From a virus, in the UHGV virus genome UHGV-0105868: a DNA stretch of 23,305 nt. The stretch is one strand, 5' to 3'. Each line of letters opens with the position of its first letter. The first letter of the stretch is position 1. Below are positions 1 through 8,892 of the stretch, piece after piece. The notes below the pieces were generated by a model. The model was not told where the DNA came from, searched no databases, and was given only the letters and a program-made list of their open reading frames with translations. Made by a program: the position numbers and the translations under genes.

Positions 1-19
1 TTAGCAAGGTTGTGTACAT

Positions 20-586
20 TTGTACACAATTGCAGAGAGAGGAAATGACATGCGTCGCGCTAACGATCCGCAACGGCGAGAAAAAATTATCCAGGCCACG
101 CTGGAGGCGGTGAAACTTTACGGAATACATGCTGTTACGCACCGCAAAATTGCTACCCTTGCCGGGGTACCGTTGGGATCGATGACCTACTATTTTTCAG
201 GAATTGATGAGTTGTTACTGGAGGCGTTCAGCAGTTTTACTGAGATCATGTCCCGGCAATATCAGGCATTTTTTAGCGATGTTAGTGATGCTCCGGGCGC
301 ATGCCAGGCTATCACCGATATGATCTACAGCTCACAGGTTGCAACGCCGGATAACATGGAGCTGATGTACCAGCTCTACGCGCTGGCTAGCCGAAAACCG
401 CTATTAAAAACGGTAATGCAAAACTGGATGCAGCGCAGTCAGCAAACGCTCGAACAATGGTTTGAACCCGGAACCGCCCGCGCGCTTGATGCGTTTATTG
501 AGGGGATGACGCTGCATTTTGTCACCGACCGTAAGCCGCTATCGCGCGAGGAGATTTTGAGGATGGTTGAGAGGGTTGCAGGGTAG
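20..586 (+). CDS. TetR/AcrR-family transcriptional regulator (host flanking gene)
   Basis: 188-aa ORF with an N-terminal TetR-type helix-turn-helix (…[30 protein letters not shown]…). It lies outside the att repeats, so it is host DNA. An internal Met at codon 11 (MRRAND…) could be the real start. I could not assign a gene name from memory with confidence. Confidence 0.8.
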
Positions 587-609
587 TAGATAAGTTTTAG
601 ATAACAAAA

Positions 610-631
610 AACCCATTTATGTAAATGGGTT
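610..631. other. Perfect 10-bp-arm hairpin (aacccattta-tg-taaatgggtt) downstream of the TetR gene
   Basis: Inverted repeat read directly in the sequence, 24 bp after the stop codon. It is not followed by a clear T-tract, so it is an atypical terminator at best. Confidence 0.4.
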
Positions 632-708
632 AATGAAAACAATAAGTTAGATTAAAAACAATAAGTTAGGTTGGTGGTCAGTGGTGGTTATTACGGGGTA
701 ATGCCAAC

Positions 709-730
709 CGCTGCCGCCACTTTGTCGCCA
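709..730. repeat. attL core (cgctgccgccaCtttgtcgcca)
   Basis: Matches 23256..23277 at 21 of 22 positions. Sits about 335 bp beyond the 3' end of int, as expected for P2-type attachment sites. Confidence 0.6.
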
Positions 731-736
731 CTTGTT

Positions 737-1006
737 TTACCTTAAACGCCAGGGGCCTCTATCTTCAATCTGTTCGACTAACCCCTCCTCTTCTAGTTCA
801 CGCAATAGTGCAACAACCCAATATTGTTGGTTCGAACTTGTTGCTTTCCGTTTTTCTCCCCAATCGAGGCCGCTTAGACGAAATACCTCAGCTTGCTTAA
901 CGCCGTTGCCGTTTTTTTGGGCATCTGGGTGAGTTTTAAGTACGGATAAAGCCAATTCTTTGGCTCTGTTGCGCAATTCCGCTCCCTGATGCTGAAACTT
1001 ATTCAT
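737..1006 (-). CDS. Hypothetical 89-aa protein in the int-proximal att arm
   Basis: ORF with a GGAG about 8 nt upstream of the ATG. The translation has protein-like composition. Not recognised. Confidence 0.4.
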   Translation of the reverse strand: MNKFQHQGAELRNRAKELALSVLKTHPDAQKNGNGVKQAEVFRLSGLDWGEKRKATSSNQQYWVVALLRELEEEGLVEQIEDRGPWRLR

Positions 1007-1064
1007 TGATAGTGCTCCATGTGAAAAAAAAGAATATTAGCTCAACAGGGCAAAATACGCATTT

Positions 1065-2096
1065 TCAAAAACTTGCTATTGATGTTGGTAGTGTTGCCAG
1101 CGGATTAAACCGTAATGCAGTTTCCAGGTGATCCGGTGCCAGATGTGCGTAACGCATAGTCATTTTTATATCGTGATGCCCGAGAATTTTTTGTAAGGCC
1201 AGGATATTTCCACCCGACATCATGAAGTGCGCCGCAAACGTATGGCGCAGAACGTGTGTCAGTTGACCGCGAGGGAGCACGATAGACGTTTTTTCCATCA
1301 CGGATAAAAATTGAAAATAGCAGTCTGTAAAGAAATTGAACCCATCAAGCGCCATGATCTCTTCGTAAAGCTCTTTACTGATAGGGATGCTTCTGTTTTT
1401 CTTCCCCTTCGTTCTTACAAAGGTAATTCGGTATTTGGTCACCTGTGAGCGGGTAAGATTTACGGCTTCACGCCAACGTGCGCCTGTGCTTAAGCATATC
1501 TTAACTACCAGTGCCAGAATTGGGTCCTGACGTTTGCAATCAGCCAGCAATTCAACAATCTGCTCATGGGTAAGCCATGCCATCTCTTTTTCTGCGATGG
1601 TGAATTTTCGCATGTTCTCCAGTGGGTTTGGATACGACCATTCGCCCAGGCGGGATAGTTCGCTAAAAACACTACTTAGATAGCTTTGCTCCAGGTTAAT
1701 GGTGACCGGGCTGGCTCCTTTCTTCCATTTCTCGCTGAAGTAGATCTCACCTGTCAGGCGTTTATCTCGATAGTGGGCAAACATTTTAGAGGTGAGATTG
1801 GTTGCAAGAGGATTGCCTAGAGCGTCAACCATCAGCAGCAATTTGTCATAGACATGCTGCCCAGCAGTCAGAGATTTACCATGTAATTTGAACCATAGCT
1901 CAACCACGTCTTTCAGGGTTCGACGATCCACTGATTCGCCCAGCCAGGGCTTTGATTCGGTTTCTTCCATCGTGTGACGCTCAAAAGCCAGAGCTTCGCC
2001 TTTGGTGGCGAATTGTTTACGCACACGACGCCCACTTCTTCCGGCGGGGTAACATTCGCAAAGCCATTTCCCTGTGGTGAGTTTTCGTACTGCCAT
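1065..2096 (-). CDS. int: Tyrosine integrase (P2/186 Int-like)
   Basis: 343 aa starting MAVRKLTTGKW… (the track ORF extends further upstream, which I rejected). The C-terminus carries the tyrosine-recombinase motifs …HVLRHTFAAHF… and …MTMRYAHL…. Position next to the att core and the repressor fits. Confidence 0.9.
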   Translation of the reverse strand: MAVRKLTTGKWLCECYPAGRSGRRVRKQFATKGEALAFERHTMEETESKPWLGESVDRRTLKDVVELWFKLHGKSLTAGQHVYDKLLLMVDALGNPLATNLTSKMFAHYRDKRLTGEIYFSEKWKKGASPVTINLEQSYLSSVFSELSRLGEWSYPNPLENMRKFTIAEKEMAWLTHEQIVELLADCKRQDPILALVVKICLSTGARWREAVNLTRSQVTKYRITFVRTKGKKNRSIPISKELYEEIMALDGFNFFTDCYFQFLSVMEKTSIVLPRGQLTHVLRHTFAAHFMMSGGNILALQKILGHHDIKMTMRYAHLAPDHLETALRFNPLATLPTSIASF

Positions 2097-2284
2097 AAAA
2101 AATGCCCTCCAGTAGAGAGCATTTTTACTGTATGTATAACCAGTGTCAATGTATGAAATCCTACGACCATACATCTCACTGAAGCCATAATGAAGTTGGC
2201 TATTCTTTTTGCTATGTGAGCATGTAACTTTTGCGGTTAACCTGCGGCTCATTTTTATTTTAGACGCAGATATAAAAGCAAAAG

Positions 2285-2476
2285 TTATCGTGAGTTTTTA
2301 GTACAGATTTTTTTGGATTTACTAATAGTTCCATCATTGCAAACGAATTTGCCATCTGAGGTACAGTGAGAAACACCTCCCTTTTTCCCTGAGCAGGGAT
2401 AATTTCTAGCATAGGTAGTTAGTGGGTTTAATAACAAAGAACATGACAAAACCACAAAAAATACCTTACCAAGCAT
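2285..2476 (-). CDS. Small secreted/lipoprotein-like Cys-rich protein (63 aa), AT-rich moron
   Basis: Strong RBS (GGGAGGAAACT then ATG). N-terminal signal-peptide-like segment [23 protein letters not shown]. The predicted mature part has four Cys and many Lys/Gly. Sits in an AT-rich int-cI intergenic region. Confidence 0.5.
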   Translation of the reverse strand: MLGKVFFVVLSCSLLLNPLTTYARNYPCSGKKGGVSHCTSDGKFVCNDGTISKSKKICTKNSR

Positions 2477-2491
2477 AGTTTCCTCCCGGTA

Positions 2492-3061
2492 CTATTTAAC
2501 ATACTTGACTGTTAAACTTATAATTTTACCAATTATTTCAATGTCTTCTATCTTGCATTCGAAGGCTCTGTTTCCACCCTCGACGAAGATTCTTCCACCG
2601 GGTAAACGAGTAATGTCACGGATCGTTATTTCGCCATCAATACTTATTACCCATTTACCATCACGTATATCATCAAATTCTTTATCACAAATAAATTCAG
2701 AATTGTTATCTGTGATGACAAAAGGTTTTTTAAACGTAGAGGGTAGAAATCCCTTATCAAAAATATAAAAACCGTCTTTCTGCAATGCTCCATCAGACAA
2801 TAAATATTTTTCTACTTCTATAGTATTTGTATTTGCTGATGCTTGCTTTGAACCATGCCCTGTTGTTAGCCAATTAAGCGAGGTGCCCGTTTCAAGGGCG
2901 CACTGGATTACCCAATCTGCTGGAAAAATATCACGCATATAGCGCGTTGCCATGGTGCTCTTAGAAACACCTAAATGATCACAGAGAGCCTGACGGGTAC
3001 CGAACCCATATGCTTCAACTAAACGTTCTATGGCTTTCTTACCGCCGCTATTGAAATCCAC
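2492..3061 (-). CDS. cI: Phage 186 CI-type immunity repressor (HTH N-terminal domain, non-peptidase C-terminal domain)
   Basis: HTH region …ERLVEAYGFGTRQALCDHLGVSKSTMATRYMRD…CALETGTSLNWLTTG… resembles 186 CI as I remember it. No S24 peptidase motif was seen. I prefer a GTG start at 3061, preceded by GGAGGA (189 aa); the open frame extends to a GTG at 3148 (218 aa), so the start is uncertain. Confidence 0.7.
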   Translation of the reverse strand: MDFNSGGKKAIERLVEAYGFGTRQALCDHLGVSKSTMATRYMRDIFPADWVIQCALETGTSLNWLTTGHGSKQASANTNTIEVEKYLLSDGALQKDGFYIFDKGFLPSTFKKPFVITDNNSEFICDKEFDDIRDGKWVISIDGEITIRDITRLPGGRIFVEGGNRAFECKIEDIEIIGKIISLTVKYVK

Positions 3062-3088
3062 AAGTCCTCCAAAGAAATCCAAAATTCG

Positions 3089-3117
3089 TTGACAGATTCC
3101 AAAAGCGATCTTAAAGT
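3089..3117 (+). promoter_or_regulatory. Candidate rightward lytic promoter (pR-like): -35 TTGACA, 17-bp spacer, -10 TAAAGT
   Basis: Perfect -35 hexamer at 3089..3094 and a 4/6 -10 hexamer at 3112..3117, about 90 bp upstream of apl. Found by sequence inspection only. Confidence 0.3.
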
Positions 3118-3206
3118 TGAACCAGAAGTGTTCTTTTGGAGCCTTCACTACTAATCACGACAAACAACGGCTCGCCACAAGCCATATCTAGAAGGAATGT
3201 TGCCTT

Positions 3207-3410
3207 ATGACACCTAACATTTCAATTACTCTGAATACACCACATGTCACAATCGAACGTTATAGCGAACTGACTGGCCTTTCTATTGATACGATTAACG
3301 ACATGTTGGCTGATGGCCGACTACCTCGTCATCGTCTTCGTAAAGACAAAAAACGTGAAAAGGTAATGATTAACCTGGCTGCTCTGACTGTTGATGCTTT
3401 GTCTGCTTAA
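3207..3410 (+). CDS. apl: Apl/Cox-like excisionase / lytic-switch regulator
   Basis: 67-aa ORF divergent from cI. HTH-like …[22 protein letters not shown]… and a basic tail. Position matches apl of 186 / cox of P2. AGGAA RBS. Confidence 0.65.
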   Translation: MTPNISITLNTPHVTIERYSELTGLSIDTINDMLADGRLPRHRLRKDKKREKVMINLAALTVDALSA

Positions 3411-3474
3411 TAGACGTCTATTTTCACAATAAGACGCTGAGTTCGATTTTGCGATAAGTTCGGAGTTGAAAACC

Positions 3475-3984
3475 ATGTTTGATTACCAAGTTTCCAAACA
3501 TCCACATTTTGATGAAGCCTGTCGTGCATTCGCACTGCGCCACAACCTGGTGCAACTGGCAGAACGTGCAGGCATGAATGTGCAGATTCTGCGGAACAAG
3601 CTGAACCCAGCTCAACCTCATTTATTAACCGCACCAGAAATCTGGCTGCTTACCGATCTGACTGAAGATTCAACGCTGGTAGACGGTTTTCTGGCACAGA
3701 TTCATTGTCTGCCATGTGTACCGATTAATGAGGTGGCAAAAGAGAAACTGCCACATTACGTCATGAGTGCAACCGCAGAGATCGGGCGTGTTGCTGCAGG
3801 TGCGGTATCTGGCGATGTAAAAACCAGTGCAGGTCGTCGTGATGCCATCAGCAGCATTAACTCTGTAACACGACTGATGGCACTGGCTGCTGTTTCATTG
3901 CAGGCCCGTTTACAGGCTAACCCTGCGATGGCGAGTGCAGTTGATACCGTAACTGGCCTCGGTGCTTCATTCGGTTTGCTGTGA
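3475..3984 (+). CDS. cII: CII lysogeny-establishment activator (186 CII-like)
   Basis: 169 aa from [24 protein letters not shown]…, closely resembling 186 CII as I remember it, with the same length. The track ORF starts three codons earlier at 3466. Confidence 0.85.
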   Translation: MFDYQVSKHPHFDEACRAFALRHNLVQLAERAGMNVQILRNKLNPAQPHLLTAPEIWLLTDLTEDSTLVDGFLAQIHCLPCVPINEVAKEKLPHYVMSATAEIGRVAAGAVSGDVKTSAGRRDAISSINSVTRLMALAAVSLQARLQANPAMASAVDTVTGLGASFGLL

Positions 3985-3991
3985 GGTGCTT

Positions 3992-4288
3992 ATGCTGACG
4001 AAAGAACCATCATTTGCATCGCTGCTGGTAAAACAAAGCCCGGCAATGCACTACGGTCACGGCTGGATCATGGGTGAGGATGGTAAACGCTGGCATCCAT
4101 GTCATTCACAAGATGAATTGCTGTCTGAATTGACCACGAGGAAACGGAGAAAGTCAAAATGTATGCAGCGGAAAGTGAAGTGGTTTATCAGTTTCGTTAC
4201 AGAGGGGAAAGTTATTCAGTACCTGAAGATGATTTGCTCTGTTGTTATCCGTCGTTGTCGGGCGATGGCAGTTACTTTTTCATGCTAA
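3992..4288 (+). CDS. Hypothetical early protein (fil/dhr position); 3' boundary uncertain
   Basis: ATG preceded by GAGG. The first ~55 aa (MLTKEPSFASLLVKQSPAMHYGHGWIMGEDGKRWHPCHSQDELL…) look protein-like. The 3' third overlaps the next ORF in another frame and looks like low-complexity read-through. Confidence 0.4.
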   Translation: MLTKEPSFASLLVKQSPAMHYGHGWIMGEDGKRWHPCHSQDELLSELTTRKRRKSKCMQRKVKWFISFVTEGKVIQYLKMICSVVIRRCRAMAVTFSC

Positions 4289-4383
4289 AGGATGGGGCGT
4301 TTTTACGGGGAGAGCAGGTTAAAGAGACGATACGAAAAAATGTATCTCCTCTTGAACGTTACCGTAAGAACAAAGAACGATAG
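4159..4383 (+). CDS. Hypothetical early protein (74 aa)
   Basis: Good RBS (GAGGAAACGGAGAAAG then ATG). Protein-like translation MYAAESEVVYQFRYRGESYSVPEDDLL…. Confidence 0.5.
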   Translation: MYAAESEVVYQFRYRGESYSVPEDDLLCCYPSLSGDGSYFFMLKDGAFLRGEQVKETIRKNVSPLERYRKNKER

Positions 4384-4405
4384 TTGCGTTTTGGGGATAT
4401 GAATT

Positions 4406-4747
4406 ATGGCAATTAATGGCGCTGCGGCGACTGTTCCATTAAGCCCCGGTGAACGCCTGAATGGACTTAATCACATTGCGGAGTTAAGGGCGAAAGTTTT
4501 TGGCCTTAATATTGAGTCAGAGCTTGAGCGGTTTATTAAAGATATGCGTGAACCGCGGGATATTAATAGCGAACAAAATAAACGGGCACTGGCTGCCATA
4601 TTCTTTATGGCAAAAATTCCAGCTGAACGTCATAGCATCAGCATTAATGAGCTGACCACTGACGAAAAGCGGGAGCTGATTAAAGCAATGAATCATTTTC
4701 GTGCAGTGGTGAGCTTATTTCCCAGACGGCTAACCATGCCGAATTAA
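4406..4747 (+). CDS. Hypothetical phage protein (113 aa)
   Basis: ORF in the early operon with protein-like composition. Not recognised. Confidence 0.55.
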   Translation: MAINGAAATVPLSPGERLNGLNHIAELRAKVFGLNIESELERFIKDMREPRDINSEQNKRALAAIFFMAKIPAERHSISINELTTDEKRELIKAMNHFRAVVSLFPRRLTMPN

Positions 4748-4814
4748 CCAACTAATGAAATTAATGGCGTAAACCCGCCGGGCATCCCTTTATCTAAATT
4801 CAGGAGAATTGATT

Positions 4815-5048
4815 ATGCGTAATATTGAAAACCTCACGACTAAAACCGGACCAGATGACGCAGGGCTTAATATTTTACTGACAGAGGCTCGTCTGGAAGA
4901 ACGCCGGGCAAGGGCTGAAGCAATGGCAGCTCGCCTTGATAGCCTGGCGTGTCATATCTCATCCCGTCAGCTAAACCACGTGGAAGCGGCAGAACTGCTG
5001 CGTGTGACTGCTGAAGCAATCCAGAACGAAGCGCAGGAGATCCACTAA
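4815..5048 (+). CDS. Hypothetical phage protein (77 aa)
   Basis: ATG 8 nt after AGGAG. The track's TTG start at 4809 is less likely. Its stop overlaps the next gene's start (TAATG). Confidence 0.55.
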   Translation: MRNIENLTTKTGPDDAGLNILLTEARLEERRARAEAMAARLDSLACHISSRQLNHVEAAELLRVTAEAIQNEAQEIH

Positions 5049-5275
5049 TGGCTGATGCAATGGATCTCGTACAGCAGCGCGTTGAAGAAGAACGCCAGCG
5101 CCATATCCGTGCTGCCCGTGCCAAAACGCCGGGCGTGTCCCGCGTGCTTTGCGTTGAGTGTGAAGCGCCAATTCCGCCAGCACGCCGTCGTGCCATACCG
5201 GGTGTGCAGCTTTGCATTACCTGTCAGGAAATCGCAGAGCTGAAAGGCAAACATTACAACGGAGGTGCTGTATGA
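5048..5275 (+). CDS. DksA/TraR-family C4 zinc-finger protein
   Basis: 75 aa with CVECEAPIP…-(17 aa)-…CITC, the four-Cys zinc finger typical of phage TraR-like proteins. Confidence 0.8.
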   Translation: MADAMDLVQQRVEEERQRHIRAARAKTPGVSRVLCVECEAPIPPARRRAIPGVQLCITCQEIAELKGKHYNGGAV

Positions 5276-6129
5276 GCACCATCCTGAAATGGGCGGGAAA
5301 TAAAACCGCCATAATGTCCGAACTGAAAAAGCATCTTCCTGCTGGCCCGCGACTGGTTGAACCTTTCGCGGGTTCCTGTGCAGTGATGATGGAGACGGAT
5401 TACCCCAGCTATCTTGTTGCGGATATTAATCCTGATTTAATCAACCTCTATAAAAAGGTTGCTGCTGATTGTGAGGCGTTTATATCTCGTGCCAGAGCTT
5501 TATTTGAGGACGCAAACAGGGAGGTGACTTATTACAACATAAGGTAGGAGTTTAATTACTCAACTGAAATTACTGATTTCATGAAAGCGGTATATTTCCT
5601 GTATCTCAATCGTCACGGTTACCGTGGGTTATGTCGTTATAACAAGAGCGGGCATTTCAACATTCCATACGGTAATTATAAAAATCCGTATTTCCCTGAA
5701 AAAGAAATTCGCGCATTTGCAGAGAAAGCCCAGCGAGCAACGTTTATCTGCGCCAGCTTTGATGAAACGCTGGCGATGCTGCAGGTGGGGGATGTGGTGT
5801 ATTGCGATCCGCCTTATGACGGTACGTTTTCCGGTTATCACACTGACGGCTTCACTGAAGATGACCAGTATCACCTGGCATCCGTTCTTGAACATCGGTC
5901 ATCAGAAGGACATCCGGTCATTGTTTCTAATAGTGACACATCCCTGATCCGTTCGCTGTATCGCAATTTCACTCACCACTACATCAAGGCAAAACGCAGC
6001 ATTGGCGTGTCAGCTGGCGAGAGTAAATCTGCAACAGAAATCATCGCTGTTTCTGGGGCGCGCTGCTGGGTGGGATTTGATCCTTCGCGTGGCGTGGATA
6101 GTTCTGCCGTGTACGGAGTGCGTGCATGA
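5272..6129 (+). pseudogene. dam: Dam-type N6-adenine DNA methyltransferase interrupted by an in-frame amber codon (TAG at 5545..5547)
   Basis: N-terminal part has …ILKWAGNK… and EPFAGS (motif I). C-terminal part has …[15 protein letters not shown]… and DPPY (motif IV). The two track ORFs (ending 5547, starting 5581) are in the same frame. Reading through the TAG gives [27 protein letters not shown], which aligns with E. coli Dam (…YYQFREEFNKSQDPFRRAVLFLYLNR…) with the stop at a Glu position. GGAGG RBS before 5272. Confidence 0.8.
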
Positions 6130-8540
6130 GCCATGCTGATATGAACAACTGCAGCGGCTTTAACGAGGCCGCCGCAGCATTCTCATGGAACAGCCCGAAA
6201 AAGGCTATTAACCCTTATCTGGACCCGGCGGAAGTTGCGCCGGTTTCTGCGCTTTCAAACCTGATCACTCTGTACGCTGTCGATAACGAGCAGGAACAAC
6301 TGCGTCGCGAGGCACTGAGTGATCAGGTCTGGGAGCGTTATTTCTTTAATGAATCCCGTGATCCTGTTCACCGCGAAATGGAGCAGGATAAGCTCATTAG
6401 CCGGGCAAAGCTGGCGCATGAGCAGCAGCGTTTTAATCCAGATATGGTCATTCTGGCGGACGTCAATGCCCAGCCTTCCCATATCAGCAAGCCGCTGATG
6501 CAACGTATTGAATACTTCAGCAGCCTGGGCAGGCCAAAGGCTTATTCCCGCTATTTGCGTGAGACGATTAAGCCATGTCTGGAACGACTGGAGCATGTAC
6601 GCGACTGTCAGCTATCCACTTCTTTTCGCTTTATGGCAAGCCATGAAGGGCTGGACGGCCTGCTGATCCTGCCTGAAATGAGTCAGGATCAGGTGAAGCG
6701 CCTGTCTACCCTTGTCGCCGCGCATATGAGCATGTGCCTTGATGCAGCTTGTGGTGATTTGTATGCCACCGATGACGTTAAGCCAGAAGAAATCCGCAAG
6801 ACATGGGAAAAGGTGGCAGCGGAAACCCTGCGTCTGGATGTTATCCCGCCTGCGTTTGAGCAACTCCGTCGGAAAAGAAACCGCCGTAAACCCGTGCCTT
6901 ATGAACTCATTCCGGGTTCGCTGGCGCGTATGTTATGCGCCGACTGGTGGTATCGGAAATTATGGAAGATGCGTTGCGAATGGCGGGAAGAGCAGTTGCG
7001 TGCTGTTTGCCTGGTCAGCAAAAAAGCATCTCCCTATGTCAGCTATGAAGCCGTGATGCATAAACGTGAGCAGCGCCGTAAGTCGCTGGAGTTTTTCCGT
7101 TCTCATGAACTGGTGAACGAAGACGGCGACACGCTGGATATGGAAGACGTGGTAAACGCCAGCAGCAGCAACCCTGCGCATCGCCGCAATGAGATGATGG
7201 CCTGTGTTAAAGGTCTGGAGCTTATCGCGGAAATGCGCGGTGACTGCGCCGTTTTCTACACCATCACCTGTCCGTCACGTTTCCATTCCACGCTAAATAA
7301 CGGCAGGCCCAACCCGACCTGGACAAATGCGACGGTAAGACAAAGCAGTGATTATCTGGTCGGTATGTTTGCTGCATTTCGTAAGGCGATGCACAAAGCC
7401 GGATTGCGCTGGTATGGCGTGCGGGTGGCTGAGCCGCATCATGACGGTACAGTTCACTGGCACCTGTTGTGTTTTATGCGCAAAAAAGATCGCCGCGCCA
7501 TTACTGCTTTGTTGCGTAAGTTTGCCATTCGTGAAGACCGCGAGGAGCTGGGTAATAACACGGGACCACGCTTTAAGTCTGAGCTGATAAACCCGCGCAA
7601 AGGTACGCCAACAAGCTACATCGCGAAATACATCAGTAAGAACATTGACGGGCGTGGTCTGGCTGGCGAGATCAGCAAGGAAACGGGTAAATCCCTGCGT
7701 GATAACGCTGAATACGTTAATGCCTGGGCGTCTCTGCATCGTGTTCAGCAATTCCGCTTCTTTGGCATTCCGGGGCGTCAGGCTTACCGTGAACTGCGAT
7801 TGCTGGCTGGTCAGGCGGCAAGGCAACAGGGGGACAAAAAAGCAGGTGCGCCGGTACTGGATAACCCGCGTCTTGATGCCATCCTGGCCGCTGCTGATGC
7901 TGGTTGTTTTGCCACCTACATCATGAAGCAGGGCGGCGTACTGGTTCCCCGCAAATATCACCTCATCAGAACCGCTTATGAAATCAACGAAGAGCCGACC
8001 GCCTATGGCGATCACGGCATTCGTATTTATGGCATCTGGTCACCCATTGCAGAGGGCAAGATCTGCACTCATGCGGTGAAGTGGAAAATGGTTCGTAAGG
8101 CCGTTGACATTCAGGAGGCGGCAGCCGACCAGGGCGCTTGCGCCCCTTGGACTCGTGGCAATAACTGTCCCCTTGCTGAAAATTTGTACCAACAAGGGAA
8201 AGACAAATCAGCTGATGGGGATACCAGAACGGATATCACCCGTATGGATGACAAGGAGTTGCACGATTACCTGCACAGTATGAACAAAAAAGAACGCCGG
8301 GAACTGGCTGCAAGGTTACGCCTGGTGAAACCGAAACGGCGTAGAGACTACAAACAGCGAATTACAGACCATCAACGACAGCAGCTCGTCTATGAACTGA
8401 AGTCCAGAGGATTTGATGGCAGCGAGAAAGAGGTCGATTTACTCCTTCGCGGCGGCAGTATTCCGTCAGGAGCAGGCCTGCGTATCTTCTATCGGAACCA
8501 GCGTTTGCAGGAAGATGATAAGTGGCGGGATCTGTATTAA
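6126..8540 (+). CDS. A: Replication initiation protein A (rolling-circle nicking endonuclease, P2 gpA-like)
   Basis: 804 aa containing …[13 protein letters not shown]… (HxH metal motif) and …YIAKYISKN… (catalytic Tyr region). Start overlaps the dam stop (ATGA). Confidence 0.9.
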   Translation: MSHADMNNCSGFNEAAAAFSWNSPKKAINPYLDPAEVAPVSALSNLITLYAVDNEQEQLRREALSDQVWERYFFNESRDPVHREMEQDKLISRAKLAHEQQRFNPDMVILADVNAQPSHISKPLMQRIEYFSSLGRPKAYSRYLRETIKPCLERLEHVRDCQLSTSFRFMASHEGLDGLLILPEMSQDQVKRLSTLVAAHMSMCLDAACGDLYATDDVKPEEIRKTWEKVAAETLRLDVIPPAFEQLRRKRNRRKPVPYELIPGSLARMLCADWWYRKLWKMRCEWREEQLRAVCLVSKKASPYVSYEAVMHKREQRRKSLEFFRSHELVNEDGDTLDMEDVVNASSSNPAHRRNEMMACVKGLELIAEMRGDCAVFYTITCPSRFHSTLNNGRPNPTWTNATVRQSSDYLVGMFAAFRKAMHKAGLRWYGVRVAEPHHDGTVHWHLLCFMRKKDRRAITALLRKFAIREDREELGNNTGPRFKSELINPRKGTPTSYIAKYISKNIDGRGLAGEISKETGKSLRDNAEYVNAWASLHRVQQFRFFGIPGRQAYRELRLLAGQAARQQGDKKAGAPVLDNPRLDAILAAADAGCFATYIMKQGGVLVPRKYHLIRTAYEINEEPTAYGDHGIRIYGIWSPIAEGKICTHAVKWKMVRKAVDIQEAAADQGACAPWTRGNNCPLAENLYQQGKDKSADGDTRTDITRMDDKELHDYLHSMNKKERRELAARLRLVKPKRRRDYKQRITDHQRQQLVYELKSRGFDGSEKEVDLLLRGGSIPSGAGLRIFYRNQRLQEDDKWRDLY

Positions 8541-8632
8541 TTACGCGGGTTAACAATTCGTGCTCTTAATAATACCAGGCATATCAGGCTGATGAACGTA
8601 AAAAAACGTTTTACATCAGTAAGATTATTATA

Positions 8633-8652
8633 TACTGTAAATATAAACAGTG
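8633..8652 (+). promoter_or_regulatory. LexA (SOS) box TACTGTAAATATAAACAGTG overlapping a putative promoter
   Basis: CTGT-N8-ACAG with an AT-rich spacer, close to the consensus TACTGTATATATATACAGTA. Lies about 45 bp upstream of the 8694 start. Placement matches the LexA-controlled tum promoter of phage 186. Confidence 0.6.
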
Positions 8653-8693
8653 GTTATGTGTACAGTATTGCTTGTGGTGTCATAGGAGGAAAA

Positions 8694-8882
8694 ATGCAGG
8701 ACTATTTTTTGGAGTCTTTGAAGCTCCAGCGCATTGATTTTTTTCTTAAGCTTGTAGCGGCTAGTGAGTGTAGTGATGAAGAGAAGGGGCTGGCTCTGCA
8801 GTGGGTTTCTGAATTGACTGATGAACTCATGGCAAAAATCAGAAGCCACGAATACAACCGCTCAATGGATGTCATCAGCTGA
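8694..8882 (+). CDS. Small SOS-regulated protein (62 aa) at the tum antirepressor position
   Basis: ATG preceded by AGGAGG. Directly downstream of the LexA box. The protein itself is not recognised; the antirepressor role is inferred from position only. Confidence 0.45.
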   Translation: MQDYFLESLKLQRIDFFLKLVAASECSDEEKGLALQWVSELTDELMAKIRSHEYNRSMDVIS

Positions 8883-8892
8883 GGTGACTTTT

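Noticed and set aside
439-642. 67-aa minus-strand ORF overlapping the 3' end of the TetR gene
   Set aside because: Antisense to a well-supported gene, with no RBS and a low-complexity translation.
636-675. Two tandem copies of a ~15-bp direct repeat (aaacaataagttag), 20-bp period, just outside attL
   Set aside because: Only two copies and no spacer structure, so it is not a CRISPR array. It lies on the host side of the att core, so it is probably not a phage Int arm site. Function unknown.
1065-2252. Extended 395-aa version of the integrase ORF (start MSRRLT…)
   Set aside because: The N-terminal 52 codons have atypical composition. Homology to P2 Int begins at the internal MAVRKLTTGKW, which is the start I chose.
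2492-3148. S24 peptidase (LexA-like autocleavage) domain in the CI repressor
   Set aside because: No Gly-Ser-Met or Ala-Gly cleavage/catalytic motif is visible in the C-terminal half. It is treated as a 186-type non-cleavable repressor. The longer 218-aa start remains possible.
5212-5547. Upstream extension of the dam N-terminal ORF (MHYLSGNRRAERQ…)
   Set aside because: It overlaps the TraR-like gene in another frame. The GGAGG RBS and the Dam homology both begin at the ATG at 5272.
8592-8882. 96-aa version of the post-A ORF starting at 8592
   Set aside because: That start would lie upstream of the LexA box and putative promoter. The internal ATG at 8694 has a strong AGGAGG RBS.
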